From Atractiella rhizophila (Eukaryota), in the NCBI GenBank assembly GCA_021432655.1, contig MU271427.1, positions 1 through 64,000 of the forward strand: DNA of 64,000 bases, read 5' to 3'. Below, piece by piece: positions 12,169-23,240 of the stretch. The translations under genes were made by a program, and so were the position numbers. The notes beneath the pieces were generated by a model. The model was not told the DNA's origin, did no database searches, and worked only from the letters and a program-made list of their open reading frames with translations. Every line of letters starts with the position of its first letter. The first letter of the stretch is position 1.

Positions 12169-12875
12169 TACAGTTTGCTCCGGACCTAGTATAGAGGGGG
12201 GTCGCTGTTTAGTTTGGGCTTCGGTAGGGTTTAAGGAGCTGAGAATCGAGCTTCTTGACGTGGACGGGGGCGACGGTACCGTTCGAATTGGTCATAACGG
12301 CGAGGGAGGAGGTCGCCGTGTGTTTTAATCAGTTCGTAATCCTGGCAGCCAGTAGTAGCTACCTCAACTAGACCGACGGGTTCGACTAGTGGATCGTCGA
12401 CGTTTAGGTGGGAGCATAGGAGGAGGACCAGACAGATAGAATCTGGGGTACCCGCGGAGAGAAACAGCTAATGTCAGTTATGTGACCAAAGCTGGCGATG
12501 GAGAAGCCTTTCCTAAACCTGGAACTCCGCAAGTTTTCTTGGTTCCTGCTTTTTAGGGACCCGTGGCCTAAGATAGTACACCGGTTGTCAGAAACGGCTA
12601 GTCACCAGTACTAACACCACCATTTTCCACTACACACCGGTATAGACGGGTAGCTGTTACCCTCCTGCGGAACCCAAGTACAAACATGACTTTTCTTCTG
12701 CCTGAGTTTCCCTTTCGCCATACTCCAATCACTACTACACTCAAATGCCCAAAGATCGTATAACGTAACACAACTTTCTGAGTGTGCGTAGGTAGGTGTT
12801 AAATGCCATCCTTGCTCAAATGGTCGCGATGACTCTTGATGACAATCGCGCACTTTCCTGATCAAGCGAAATTGA
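12169..12875. pseudogene. Second hidden, frameshifted ORF in the reversed block
   Basis: Complement read gives MSNEAWIISPPSDK...; WAPLFVDYSQYTGFDRYLFGKDLDLEAFKR...GRTPWVHVCTEKKTDSKGKRYEVSDD, then a GTGAGT...TAG intron (about 12738-12810). Two frameshifts and one internal TGA. Confidence 0.5.
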
Positions 12876-13080
12876 TTGAAGACCAACACAACCTTTAAAC
12901 TGGGTTTATCCTTGGTTTATCAATGATTAAAATAGTATTATAAAGGTATAAGTACTTGGCTTCCGATATTAAAGCAAATTAACGAGAAATTAGGTCCCTT
13001 CCTTTGCACCTGCTGCCAGCTGCCTTACTTGCCTCTGTTGCTCCTCGTGCATATTTTGTTGGGTTTTGAAGCTAGTTCTG

Positions 13081-15906
13081 GAGAGGATTGTCAATTGGAT
13101 CAATAGTATAATGATATTGAGGTGCCAGGAGACTGGGCCTTTGCTGTTGAGGGTGTGGGATTGATAGAACCTGTGAGTGTAGATCCTGAATCGATTCGGT
13201 GCGGTGATGTGGCAGGAATGGGCGTTTTGGGGTGGGGAGTGATGCGTCAACCTCGACTCGTGACATTGGCCGCTTTCGTGAGGTATTCGATGCAAAAATA
13301 TGGTCTGAAGGATCAGGTTATGTCACTGCTCTCAGTTTGTCTTAACACTCTGTTAGTATCAAATGTAACGTACTAAATAGATCCATGCATTGGTTGAGAC
13401 TCTCCCATTGTATTGTATGAATGGATTGTAGTTGTTCTGTGGCTAATTGGTCACTGAAAACAGGATTGTGTCCCATGAATGACAGATTTTGGGGTTGCCC
13501 AGAGTGTAGTTGTGGAAAGCTTGCTGGAATTGACTGCTGAGGTCCGAAGAAAAGAGAAGGGAGGCTGGAGGTTGAGGGGACCGCTTCCGTTGTATGAGGT
13601 GATGATGGCTGCTGCACTAATTGTTAGCAAGGAGCGGAGGAAGAGATAAAGTAATCGGAATGGTGAATTACGGGGAGATGTAGTCTATTAGTACCTCCAC
13701 CTCTTTTGCGTGGAGGTTTGTTCTTCTCAGCTTCCTCCTTCTCCCTCCGCTTCATTTCCCTCATATTTGCCTTCACTTTTTTCTCTTGTTCCTTCTCCTC
13801 TTTCTTCTTAGCAGTCTCTGCTCTCTTTCTTGCAGTCTCCACTTTCTTGCATGCTTCCCCGGCTGTTTTTTCTTCAGCTGCTTGCTCATTCTCCAACATC
13901 TTCTCATAGGCTTCTACACCACTCAACAACCGTGCTGTCGTCGTCAATTCTGTTTTCTTTCCCGGTTTCTTCTTTGACTCCAGGGCATTTCGCAACTGTC
14001 CATTCTCCCTTGTCAGCATCTCCACTGACGCTCTTAGTGCCCCTTCTCGATGTTGATCTTCACTCCGCACTGTATCCATTGCGGACAAGGCACGAAATAA
14101 CAACATCGATGGGCTTTTGGCAGAGCCGTGGATCCTCTGCCCCTCTCGATTGTGGAAGATGGTTAGTGGCTTCTTTGGATAGAAGTGATTTGGGTTGATC
14201 GGAGTATGCAGGGTCACCGTTAGAGCGTCGGATGAAGGGAGTCTCATCGGAATGGGGAGAACCGGAGCAGAAGAAGATGTGGAGATGTCTTGTTCTAGTG
14301 GAAGTTGAGCAGCCTGTAACTGTGTCGAATTAAGCGTCAGAGGAGGCACCTCTTCCATGCGTAGAAGGCAGGTTTCGGCATCAATGAGCTGAAAGCCCTC
14401 CTCAATTGTTGGAGGTTCCCCAGAATCTGAGAGAGAGTCATTGAAGTCGTCGTCAGAGAGTGGGTCAGAGCTGTTAGCGAGGGGGTCTTCTAAATGAGCG
14501 CTTTCGGCGAGGTCAGGAGGAATACAGTTGGGTAGCTGAGTGTGTGTTGAAGTCTGCCTTGCCTGTGCAAAATCAGCCTCCGTAAAATGGTCCCGATCCA
14601 CAAAGGTGATTCCTGAGTAATCATACACCGTCAGGCCTGTAGCTGCCCATGCACTGACAATTGTTGTGGGCTTCATTCATTCCGCCCAGCATATTAGGTA
14701 CCTCATAATGAGGTTCTTCTTGGAAATATCAAACCCATCCTCCAGCATATCATCAGTGACCTTACTCCAAGCTTTACCAACCGGTCCGAAAACTCCAACA
14801 TCTAATGGCTGGAGTTTGTGTGTGGTATGAGGAGGGAGGCAAATGATGTGAACAATGTTGCGGAGGTAATCCCAGACATAACGGATGATGAGAGCAGAAG
14901 CATGAGAACCGTGGCCATCAACAATGAGGAGAGCTGGACGTGTCGGATCGGGCCGCTTTTGGATGTAAGGGACATAAATTGATATGAACCACAGATAGCC
15001 CAAAACCTCATCTGTCCATCCATTTTTGGAGAGGGCAGTGCTAAGATCAGTCATATAAGTAAAAGAAAAGGTTTTCAGATTGAAAAGGACAGACAAGATC
15101 TCTTTTCTTTGATCATCCGATAGCCCACTCAACCAACTCTTCTGGAATCGTTTTCCTGAGAAGATAAAAAGAGGTGGGAGAGAGCTGCCACTCGCAGTAA
15201 CACATTCGATAAGGGTTACCAGTTCAAGCTTGTCTGACTTTGCTCGATAAATGGCTCTTCTCTCAGCAGGCCCAATTACGCGACGGACTCCTATCTTCCG
15301 GCCGCCTCCCAGCTGCAAACCCTTCTCATCCATATTTGCCACATCATCCCATAAAATTCCGTATTTTCTCATGGCCCCCTCAAGAAGATCAAAATAGGAG
15401 TGGACATTTGTCCGATTGAAAGCTTTTGCACGCTTGGGATCCAAAGGATTTGCTTTGAAACTCCGAATCTCTGTTCCATGCCGCTTCATGAAACGATAAT
15501 ACCAGCCTTTCCCTGGCGGCCTCCCCACAATCTTCTTCACAACCAGGTATAAACCCCTCCTATGAAGAGGAAGCCCTGAATCTCCAACCCACCGAATCCA
15601 GCTCACCAGTCCTGCTGCCTCGCCTTTACTCAACAAGCGCTGATGTTGATGACTTTCTACCCGGTTTAACCCTCCAAGACACCGGTACCTAAGAGTACCA
15701 TAATTCATGAAGGTAAAACCTCCATTTCCATTTGGATAGGAATACCGTGAAGCAAGTTCTCTATAGGAAATGGCGCACTGTGGGTCCTTGGTTCTCTCGG
15801 CCTCTTCTTGGAGCTTCCAATAAATCTCCACTGCTTCCACAAAGTCCTTCTCCCTTTTAGCCAACACCTCTTTTTTACTAAGGTCCTTCTTCTTCTTTGG
15901 TGGCAT
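13081..15906 (-). pseudogene. pogo/Fot1-type (CENP-B HTH + DDE_1) transposase with a long C-terminal extension
   Basis: Starts MPPKKKKDL at 15906. Motifs NMDEKG, LLIVDGHGSH, LPPHTTHKLQPLDVGVF. An in-frame TGA at 14677-14679 separates ORFs 14677-15975 and 13624-14676; a Lys/Glu-rich coil and intron-split tail follow. Confidence 0.9.
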
Positions 15907-16358
15907 TCGGAGGAGGGCTGGAGCTGTGGGGACACGTTGGAAGTTGCGTTGGTAAGGACGTGTCGACTCAAGCACGTGACCAGAAAAGCATGTGGAATTG
16001 CTGACTTGAACCTTAAATTGCGGATTTTGCGCAACATGCTAACAAGGGGGCACCAGACTTTAACAAGTGGTCTCTCATCAAGTTGTAGGCTGATCTGAGC
16101 AAAACTTAGACAGTGGAATAACTAGATGTTTCTCTTGTTTATTCCCAAAAAAAATCACAGTAATCAGATATCCTTACTGAGAAATACATAAATTCATTAC
16201 TGCTATATTTTCGAAGATATCTCAAAGGGAGTTCCACCAATTTTGTTGCTGAATAGAGAGGAAATATGCGCACATGCAAGGAGATTCTGAATCCAAATTT
16301 TCTAAGGGATCGAATTTGATTTGGGCGACTTTATTATATGGTGTTAAAGATCTGGGTA

Positions 16359-16385
16359 TGTTAAGTTTCTGGGTACCACATAGTA
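16359..16385 (-). repeat. pogo element terminal inverted repeat (25 bp) plus TA target
   Basis: Minus strand reads TA-CTATGTGGTACCCAGAAACTTAACA upstream of the transposase. Sub-terminal TGTTAAAGATCT occurs near both ends. Confidence 0.88.
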
Positions 16386-16740
16386 CATTCACAAGTTCCA
16401 TCCACAGCCATACTGGACGTACGTGGCAGAGCAGGGATTCCAAATAGTCTTCACACGTATCTTGGGCGACGCATAGCTGTACTCTCAAGCTGCGTATGAG
16501 GAAGCAGCAAAAATAGCTTGTGACGAGCTCCCGAACGTGATTCCCAATTGACGATCATAAGCCTTTGTCTCCTTGCTCTTGACAAAAGCTACCACGCCGA
16601 CCCTTGATTCATTTAGATTGCATCTATCTAACCTACAGAAGCGCTGACGAAATTGGTCTTAGAAGCCATTTGACTTCACAAACTTTTCTTCATCCTTCAG
16701 GCACCTCCAGCCTTGTAGTTCAATTTCTCACTTTATCTAC

Positions 16741-17045
16741 ATGTCGAAAAATCTGGTCAAGGTCTTTAAAGTCTCCGAAAATATCAAGAAGGCGAATCCG
16801 TTAGGATTGTGGGTTCTTTGCATCGACAATGGTGGCATCCGCTCCTTTTCCACTCCATACATGCTTGAACAGATAACCCTTCAAGCCAGTCACCTTCTCA
16901 AAGTGCCAGAAGACGAAGATCTCCGTCCCTGCGATATTTTTGATCTTATCTGTGGGACTTCCACAAGCGGATGGATCGCACTTATGCTCGGGAGGCTGGG
17001 AATGACTGTTCGTCAGTGCATTGCGGCGTATGAAGAGATCGGACG
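16741..17045 (+). pseudogene. Patatin-like phospholipase, N-terminal fragment
   Basis: VLCIDNGGIR (DGGGxR-like), RPCDIFDLICGTSTSGWIALMLGRLGMTV. Similarity stops near 17045. Confidence 0.85.
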
Positions 17046-17728
17046 AGAGGCGACAATCGCTCGGACAGAAAAGGGATCGGATGCGAGGGAAGGACCCCTA
17101 GGTGTCACAGAACAGGTATCCAACGTGAGGGAGGGTTGTGCATCTCCTCCAGGGTTGGCATCCAAAGGGTGGGAAGAAGGTGTATCGTCCCCAAAAAAGG
17201 CTTCGAAACTGCAAGGCATGATTCGGTGGTTCCGGTACATTTCACCTCACAGTCTGGTACAAACTAATCTTCCGTTGCAGTCAGTAGATAGGCGAGCGCC
17301 TCACCGTTCTATGTCTCTTTCAATCAGCGGAGAGGCTCAGCGCTGCAAAGTAGAAAAGCCTTAGTTGGTCTTGGATTCGGTGTGTAAGGAGCAATATATC
17401 AAGTTATATCCCACCTGCTCTGCAGGTGTTGTTTTCTCAGGGCTTTTCAGTGGAATCTTTTTGGTATATGTTGACTTGAACAATGCAACTCGCACTTTTT
17501 GTTTAGCCACCAGAAGGCCGCTGGCTGAAAGTGGTTTTGCGCTTCAGTTTTGAGAACATTTACACAGGACCCCCGATAATTTGAAGACGAGGAAGCATGG
17601 GAGAAGAGAGCCATAGAGGAAGAGTATGGCTGCCCATTTACCCCTCGGGGATCTGCTAGTTCAACAACCTATGTGGCATTACACTTGGTCACGGAAGAAA
17701 CCTCTTAGCAGAGTTCGCAAAAGAAGGT

Positions 17729-17760
17729 ATACTGTACCCTCAGATCTGAGGGTACAGTAT
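17729..17760. repeat. Perfect 32-bp palindrome
   Basis: ATACTGTACCCTCAGA-TCTGAGGGTACAGTAT; extends to 17725-17764 with one mismatch. Confidence 0.95.
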
Positions 17761-17939
17761 GCCTGTGCAACCCCTTTCCTAACTTACAAGTGTGTCCGTG
17801 CCCTCATCCCTTTAGGGTCATTCTACCCTCATTCAGGACCCAGGTGTAGGCCTAGCGGGGGTAGTTCCCGAACTGAGCCGTTTTAGACAGTTTAGTACGT
17901 GCCTATTTTGGACACATAAGTGTGTCTGCGGCCTTCGTC

Positions 17940-18100
17940 CCTAAGGCGGGCTATCTTCACCACGACATCAGCGACAGTAATATAGCTTTAAGCTTTCCAG
18001 ATAAAGGAGGGCCTGTGCGGTTTATTGCAAGATTTGATTTCGCCATAAAGCCATCTGGAAAAAGGGACCGTGGCCAACGAAGAACGGCGCAGCATTCGAT
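17940..18100 (+). pseudogene. Fungal FunK1-type protein kinase fragment
   Basis: GYLHHDISDSNI...RFIARFDFAI resembles the LHRDISxxN...LIDFDxA motifs. Confidence 0.55.
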
Positions 18101-19684
18101 TGTTTCCTCAAGCGGATGGCTGATATATAAATCGACATAGGGGACGTGATCACGAACTATCCACGATATCGAGTCCTGCTACCACATCTTAACAATTTAC
18201 ACTTATTTTCACCTCAGCAATCTGTTGAGACTAGGATTCTTCCTATCACACTGGGAAGCGTGAAGGGAAAAAATCCTTGTGAGGGGGGTATATGTGTATT
18301 TTACATTGCGGGGCATTGTGGGGCACTCATGTGACCATAATTGTCACTGTTTGTCGCTTATCTCCAACACAATCATGATAGCCGGCGACAAAACGATTTT
18401 CTTGAACATTACTTCGGAAAGACGTCGGCGGCAGCCAAGGAAGTGGAAATCTACGCCAGCCATCAGGGGTACCGAGAGGAGGATGTTCGGGACATACCTG
18501 TTCCGGGAGATCTCATCTTGTTATTCCGATAATTTTTGGGGGCTCGCTATGAAAAAAAGCCGGATATCCTGCATTCTTTGGCGTCAGTCCGTAAGCAGAG
18601 GATTAAGGATTTATGCTCTAAGCGGCGACTTAAATGTTGGTAACTGGCTGGAGTGCGACATTATGAACGATGCCAGATTCGAGGAACGCCCAAGAATCCG
18701 TCCTTGAATTCTTAATAGAGGTTCTACAGTTGATAATCAACGGTTGAGGCGGCGAATTGAAGTAAATGACAGTGTTAAAGGTGGAAAATCGTGTGGATGA
18801 GTATCCAAGGCTGAAAAGGAAAGGGTTGGATTGCAAAGCGATTGAAACAAGAAGAGGAAATTGGGTGCTGAGTGATCAAAGAGTTCAAATTGAATAGGCT
18901 GCAACGTCGCGATGTTCTACTTCGCTTTATTTGCTTCCTAGCTTCAAGGATGTGGTAGGCATGGTCTTTCTCGTCCAGAGGTAGACCCTCAATCCTTTTA
19001 GTAGTAATCGTATCTCGTATCGTGGCTCCGACACCCGGTCCTCCCCTGAACAATCTGTCCTGCTTACACTACTTTATGGTGCAACCCGGCCTCTGAGAGG
19101 AACAGGATCCTGGCCAAAGCATCGCCTGCTGGTGAAGCAGGGCACAACCTTGCCCCTGATGGGAAAACGACCCAGGTGAAAAATCCTCCCTTAATCCTGC
19201 TTATCGAATATCTCTGCTGCACTAAATTCATTGCAACAGGCATGATAGAGATAAGTGATTAGAATTAATAGAAGCACTAGATATGGTACTTTTGACGTGG
19301 GGACGTTCCTAGATTCAACGATTGAAGTGTCTTTCCTTCCTTTCGTACTCCAGCTTCCTCCAGATGTCCTTCAACAGCACAAATATCCGATCCTGGCTCT
19401 TCGAGTGTTTTAGGTATGTTTGTCTCGCTTATACTTATGTCTCATGCTATTGTTCTTATACTTTGCAAACTCATGTTTTAGATTATCTTATTCGAACTCC
19501 CGCCACTATCAGGAGCCTTGCCAGCTTCTTGTAGTCGCATTACAGTACCCAACACAATCTCTTCTACCTTCCTAGGTGTCTCAAGTAGTTTCTGCTCATG
19601 TACAACAAAGGTTCAGTAAATTGGATTATGATGATGATGGTGGATACAAGGACTCAGTGTTCATTAATAGTAAAAGTACCACCC

Positions 19685-20900
19685 TCAGTCACGCACCTTG
19701 GGATCAACTCCCAATTCCCTTCCCAAGTATGAATCACACTGCAGGACAATTGATCCTCTCCACCCCTTGACCTCCATATTACAGTGGAGCATCTTCGTCG
19801 AGGCAAACGTTACCTGTGCCCAGCAAGCAGCTCTAATCTCAAACACTGCTCTGGTAGCAGAAGATCCCCTCCTTCCCACCCTCCTAGCTGTTCACCACCA
19901 TGAAAGGGGATGACTACGCACAACTTATGATCCTGTTTGTCCACATGAAGCCAGGTGGAGACGCCGTAGTTGAGAACGACCCCAGTGAATATACCGCTTA
20001 GGCCCAGACCTTCCACGGTCCCTGGTACATTATCCCATAAATCCCTCATGGATTCAGTTTGTTCCGGGAAGTGTTCTTCCAGCTGATGGATGTGATACCA
20101 TCAAGTCTTGTCACCAACAACGGGATGTGCTCACCTTCCTGACAACAGCACTCCAGCAAGGTTCTAGGTGTTGGACCATAGCTCTAAACCTAGGCTTCAA
20201 TTCTTGGAATTCGCGTGACTCATACACGCCCATCTGAGATCACGATAGTTAAGTAGTCTTCCCATGTCATCATGACTTATACCTGATGTTCCCCTTGATA
20301 AGCATGCGATCGTATCTGACCTCAGCCATTTGATCTGGGTCGATACCATTGCGTTGATACAGCTGGAAGTGACAAGCAGAAAAAGGATGATCCAATTCAC
20401 TGGACCCTTCTGGTGGTGACGGCGGTACTTCTAATAGTATCCTTCTGGCGTGTTGACCTGTCACCTACCATCAGCATCTCTTGGCACAGCTCTATTATAA
20501 TTTGTAACTCACTGATCTTCTGATTTCCCACATGCCTGAGCACGGAGTTGCAAAATCGATGAAGAATTGGGACATTGTTTTGGTCCGTAAATGTTGCTTC
20601 CGCCCTAAACACCAGCAAATCTCAGTTGGAACCAAGACCTCTTTTTGTCTGCAAACAAGAAATGTAAAATCCCCTTACTCTTCAAATAAGGACGCCCAAA
20701 AGTGCAAATACGGCGCATCCGCGCTTATTAGGTATGTTCCTTGGTCGTCCTTGGATAATATGTTGTCCACTTTAGCCCATTTGTCTAGTTCTACGCTGCG
20801 GCGTTGAGCATCCTGCCGACATGCCTGAGTTTTCTCCAACTTCGCTCTTCGTCCTCCGGGCATGCGTTCGACCGTATGTTGGTTAACGTCGAACTCAATG
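19685..20900 (-). pseudogene. TET/JBP-type 2-oxoglutarate Fe(II) dioxygenase, frameshifted
   Basis: FTGVVLNYGVSTWLHVDKQD (HxD, His at 19945-19947), GGWEGGDLLLPE, then after a frameshift VTFASTKMLHCNMEVKGWRGSIVL (distal His, RxS). Upstream extent is approximate. Confidence 0.78.
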
Positions 20901-21063
20901 AATCGCAATCTAACACAGCGGAGCTGAATACTCCGATTTCTATCCTTGTGATTCAGGACTGAGGTGCGATGGTGAAGAGATCCGAACCTTCCATCCTCGG
21001 TTTGGGGAACTACTCAGCGTTGAGGCTGATTTTCCTTGGCTGGACTGTTTCCTACAAGCGAAG

Positions 21064-23240
21064 TTAGGCCATTGAAGGATACCTGCGACTGCGGGACAGG
21101 CCCGCAGCGTCTATAGGTGCTGTCGAAGTCGTCCAACGTCCCGAGCTCAGGCTTCCTATCCGAATCGTACGCCACCAGTTCTGATCCTTGATGGTATCCA
21201 ATCCGTTGACGCGATCCATAAAAGTTATGGTCAAAGTATCCTGTAGCTGATGCAGCACCAGACTAATCTCCTCTTGGACAATAGCTATATGAAGCTCTGT
21301 TGAGGACCTTGTATTCAGACCGTCCGAGTGACGAAATGCACATACGAGCCAAAGTACAGCCATCCTTGTAGGTACCGAAGCCACTGTTGTATAGGTTGGG
21401 GTGAGCAATGGCATGCTGCACCTGCATCCATGAGTTTTCTCCAAAATCTCCTATTGATTTGGTGCTTGATGGTTCCATACTGAAAATGAGCAGGATATGA
21501 GGTGAAACTACATCTCGGTGCTATCAGTTGCAGTCCTGCAAAACCAAACAGTAAACATACAATGTCTACAGGCTTGATATAGTCTTAGGCCTAGAACAAA
21601 AGTTGATTCAAACATCTGAAAGTCTTGAATTAGTTTCAATTCGGTATTACTCTTTTCTTTCCATTGAGGGTCCAGATTATCCATTACCTTAAGGAGATGT
21701 TGGTGGGCCCTGGATCGATTGAACCTCTGACGCTTGGCCTTCGGGTCTCACGGCCGGGCCATCTCCCACCTATGTAGTCTCTGTAATCGATTCTGAACAA
21801 ATGTTAAGAAAACGCACTCATATACCTCAATAGCAAATTTCATCGTCTGTACCATCTTGGTCAAAGCGACCCACGATTCCGCGGTCGTTACATCGGAGAT
21901 CCTGTGCGCGAGGGCGCATCTGCGGTCGAAAGCGGAATCACCTGTATCATATACAGGCAATTCCATCCATTCGGCATCCTTCAGTCTGGACACAAGACTG
22001 TGTAGCCGTGACAACGTATGCTCTGTGGAAATGCCGGCAAACATGTCCAGGAATCGTCTCTCAGCGAATTCCAGGTTCTTGGGGGTGTCCCTTATCTTCG
22101 TGGCCTTCCCGTTCCTCTGACATATCCCCTTCGCCTGTGTAAAGTCTTTCCATCCCCTCGACTTGGGAATCTGGTCCCTTTCCGAGTTGTCCAGCTTCTG
22201 GCGTTTCCTCTCCGAACGCGCTGATTTCTGAGACCTGCGGCGCTTCAGTATTCGTCCGGATGGGTGACACTTTTCTTGCTTCTTCAAGCTGAGCCCATCC
22301 GGTTCTTCCTCCTCTTCGTCAGAACCACCTTCATACTCCTCTTCCGACAACACCAGAAAATCTCCCGAGATGGGCGCTTCCGCCAACCGTTCCGCTGTGT
22401 CCACATCCATGTCGTCGTTGTCTTCACCCTGAGCTACTTCATCGACGTCCCTCTCATTCGCAAAGTTTTCCTCCTCTTCACCGTTGTTACGCTCCTCTCC
22501 TGCGCGTCAGGACTCGTCATCGCTCTCACGAGCGTAGGGAGAAGTTGCCAAAAGTGAGTCTCCTCCTCGGAAGCAGTTGTGTTCTATGCCCATTTCCCCG
22601 TGCCACAATCCTCCCTCTTCCGATGTCGTCCCGCTGGCTCCCGCCGCCGGATCATCCTTCCCCACCACGCCGTAGGGTTTCCTGCCAGCGCGTATCTCTG
22701 GACTGAGTGGCGTTGCTTCAACATGCCGTGGCTTGGTCAGGCCAGCTAGGTCGATCAGATTTTGAGCAAGTATTTGCAACTTAGCTCACCTTAAGCACTT
22801 AAACTTATGATATTCGCAATACGCTGATAAATCCTTTGCTGATAGAGAGGAAGTGAGAGGCGGTCCCGGAGGTTAAGTTCGGTCAGAATTACCATATTAT
22901 TTGCTCTATATACGTCAGTCCCATAGTCTAACGGTTCTTGTTTTCCTTGTGGTGAAAGAAAAGTGATGGCAGAGTGATGACTCGCCATGACTCCCATTCG
23001 GATAAATGATTTGCTTCCGTATGGAAGTCATGTTTTTGAATGCGTTTTTGCGAAGGCCGAATCCCACACGCTCCCATTTCTTTTCTCTATTCTCCCGTCA
23101 CTCCTTCCGTTCGAGGCTTGTAGTTTGACGGGAAAAGATGTCCTCTCACTGGCTTCTCGCCCCGTAGCCCAGCGCATTCTCTCCAACTTCTCGTCGCTTC
23201 CCGCAACTCCAAGCCAAGCAACCTTCTTCGCCTTCTAATG
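21064..23240 (-). pseudogene. Long decayed multi-exon ORF (acidic/basic linker plus helical domain) upstream of the TET/JBP-like domain
   Basis: Co-oriented ORFs 22791-22997, 22507-22779, 21748-22410 and 21263-21478; a GTGAGC..CTGAT..TAG intron near 22747-22790; partial second copy at 5331-7748. Confidence 0.55.

Larger units (their letters stand above)
9670..13080. other. Block reversed but not complemented relative to its flanks
   Basis: The left-to-right complement contains canonical introns and ORFs, and a 27-nt exact copy of the pogo terminus at 16359-16385. Simple reversal repairs both junctions. Right boundary is ambiguous by a few nt (13080-13083). Confidence 0.93.

Noticed and set aside
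9670..13080. Six-frame ORFs in this block (e.g. 11147-11698, 11302-11694, and the MQKIKSS start of ORF 9031-9720)
   Set aside because: They are by-products of the mirror-image sequence. The coherent coding signal is in the complement reading.
17103..17888. Solo LTR (TGTCA...AGACA)
   Set aside because: No TSD (CTAGG vs GTTTA) and no second copy in the window.
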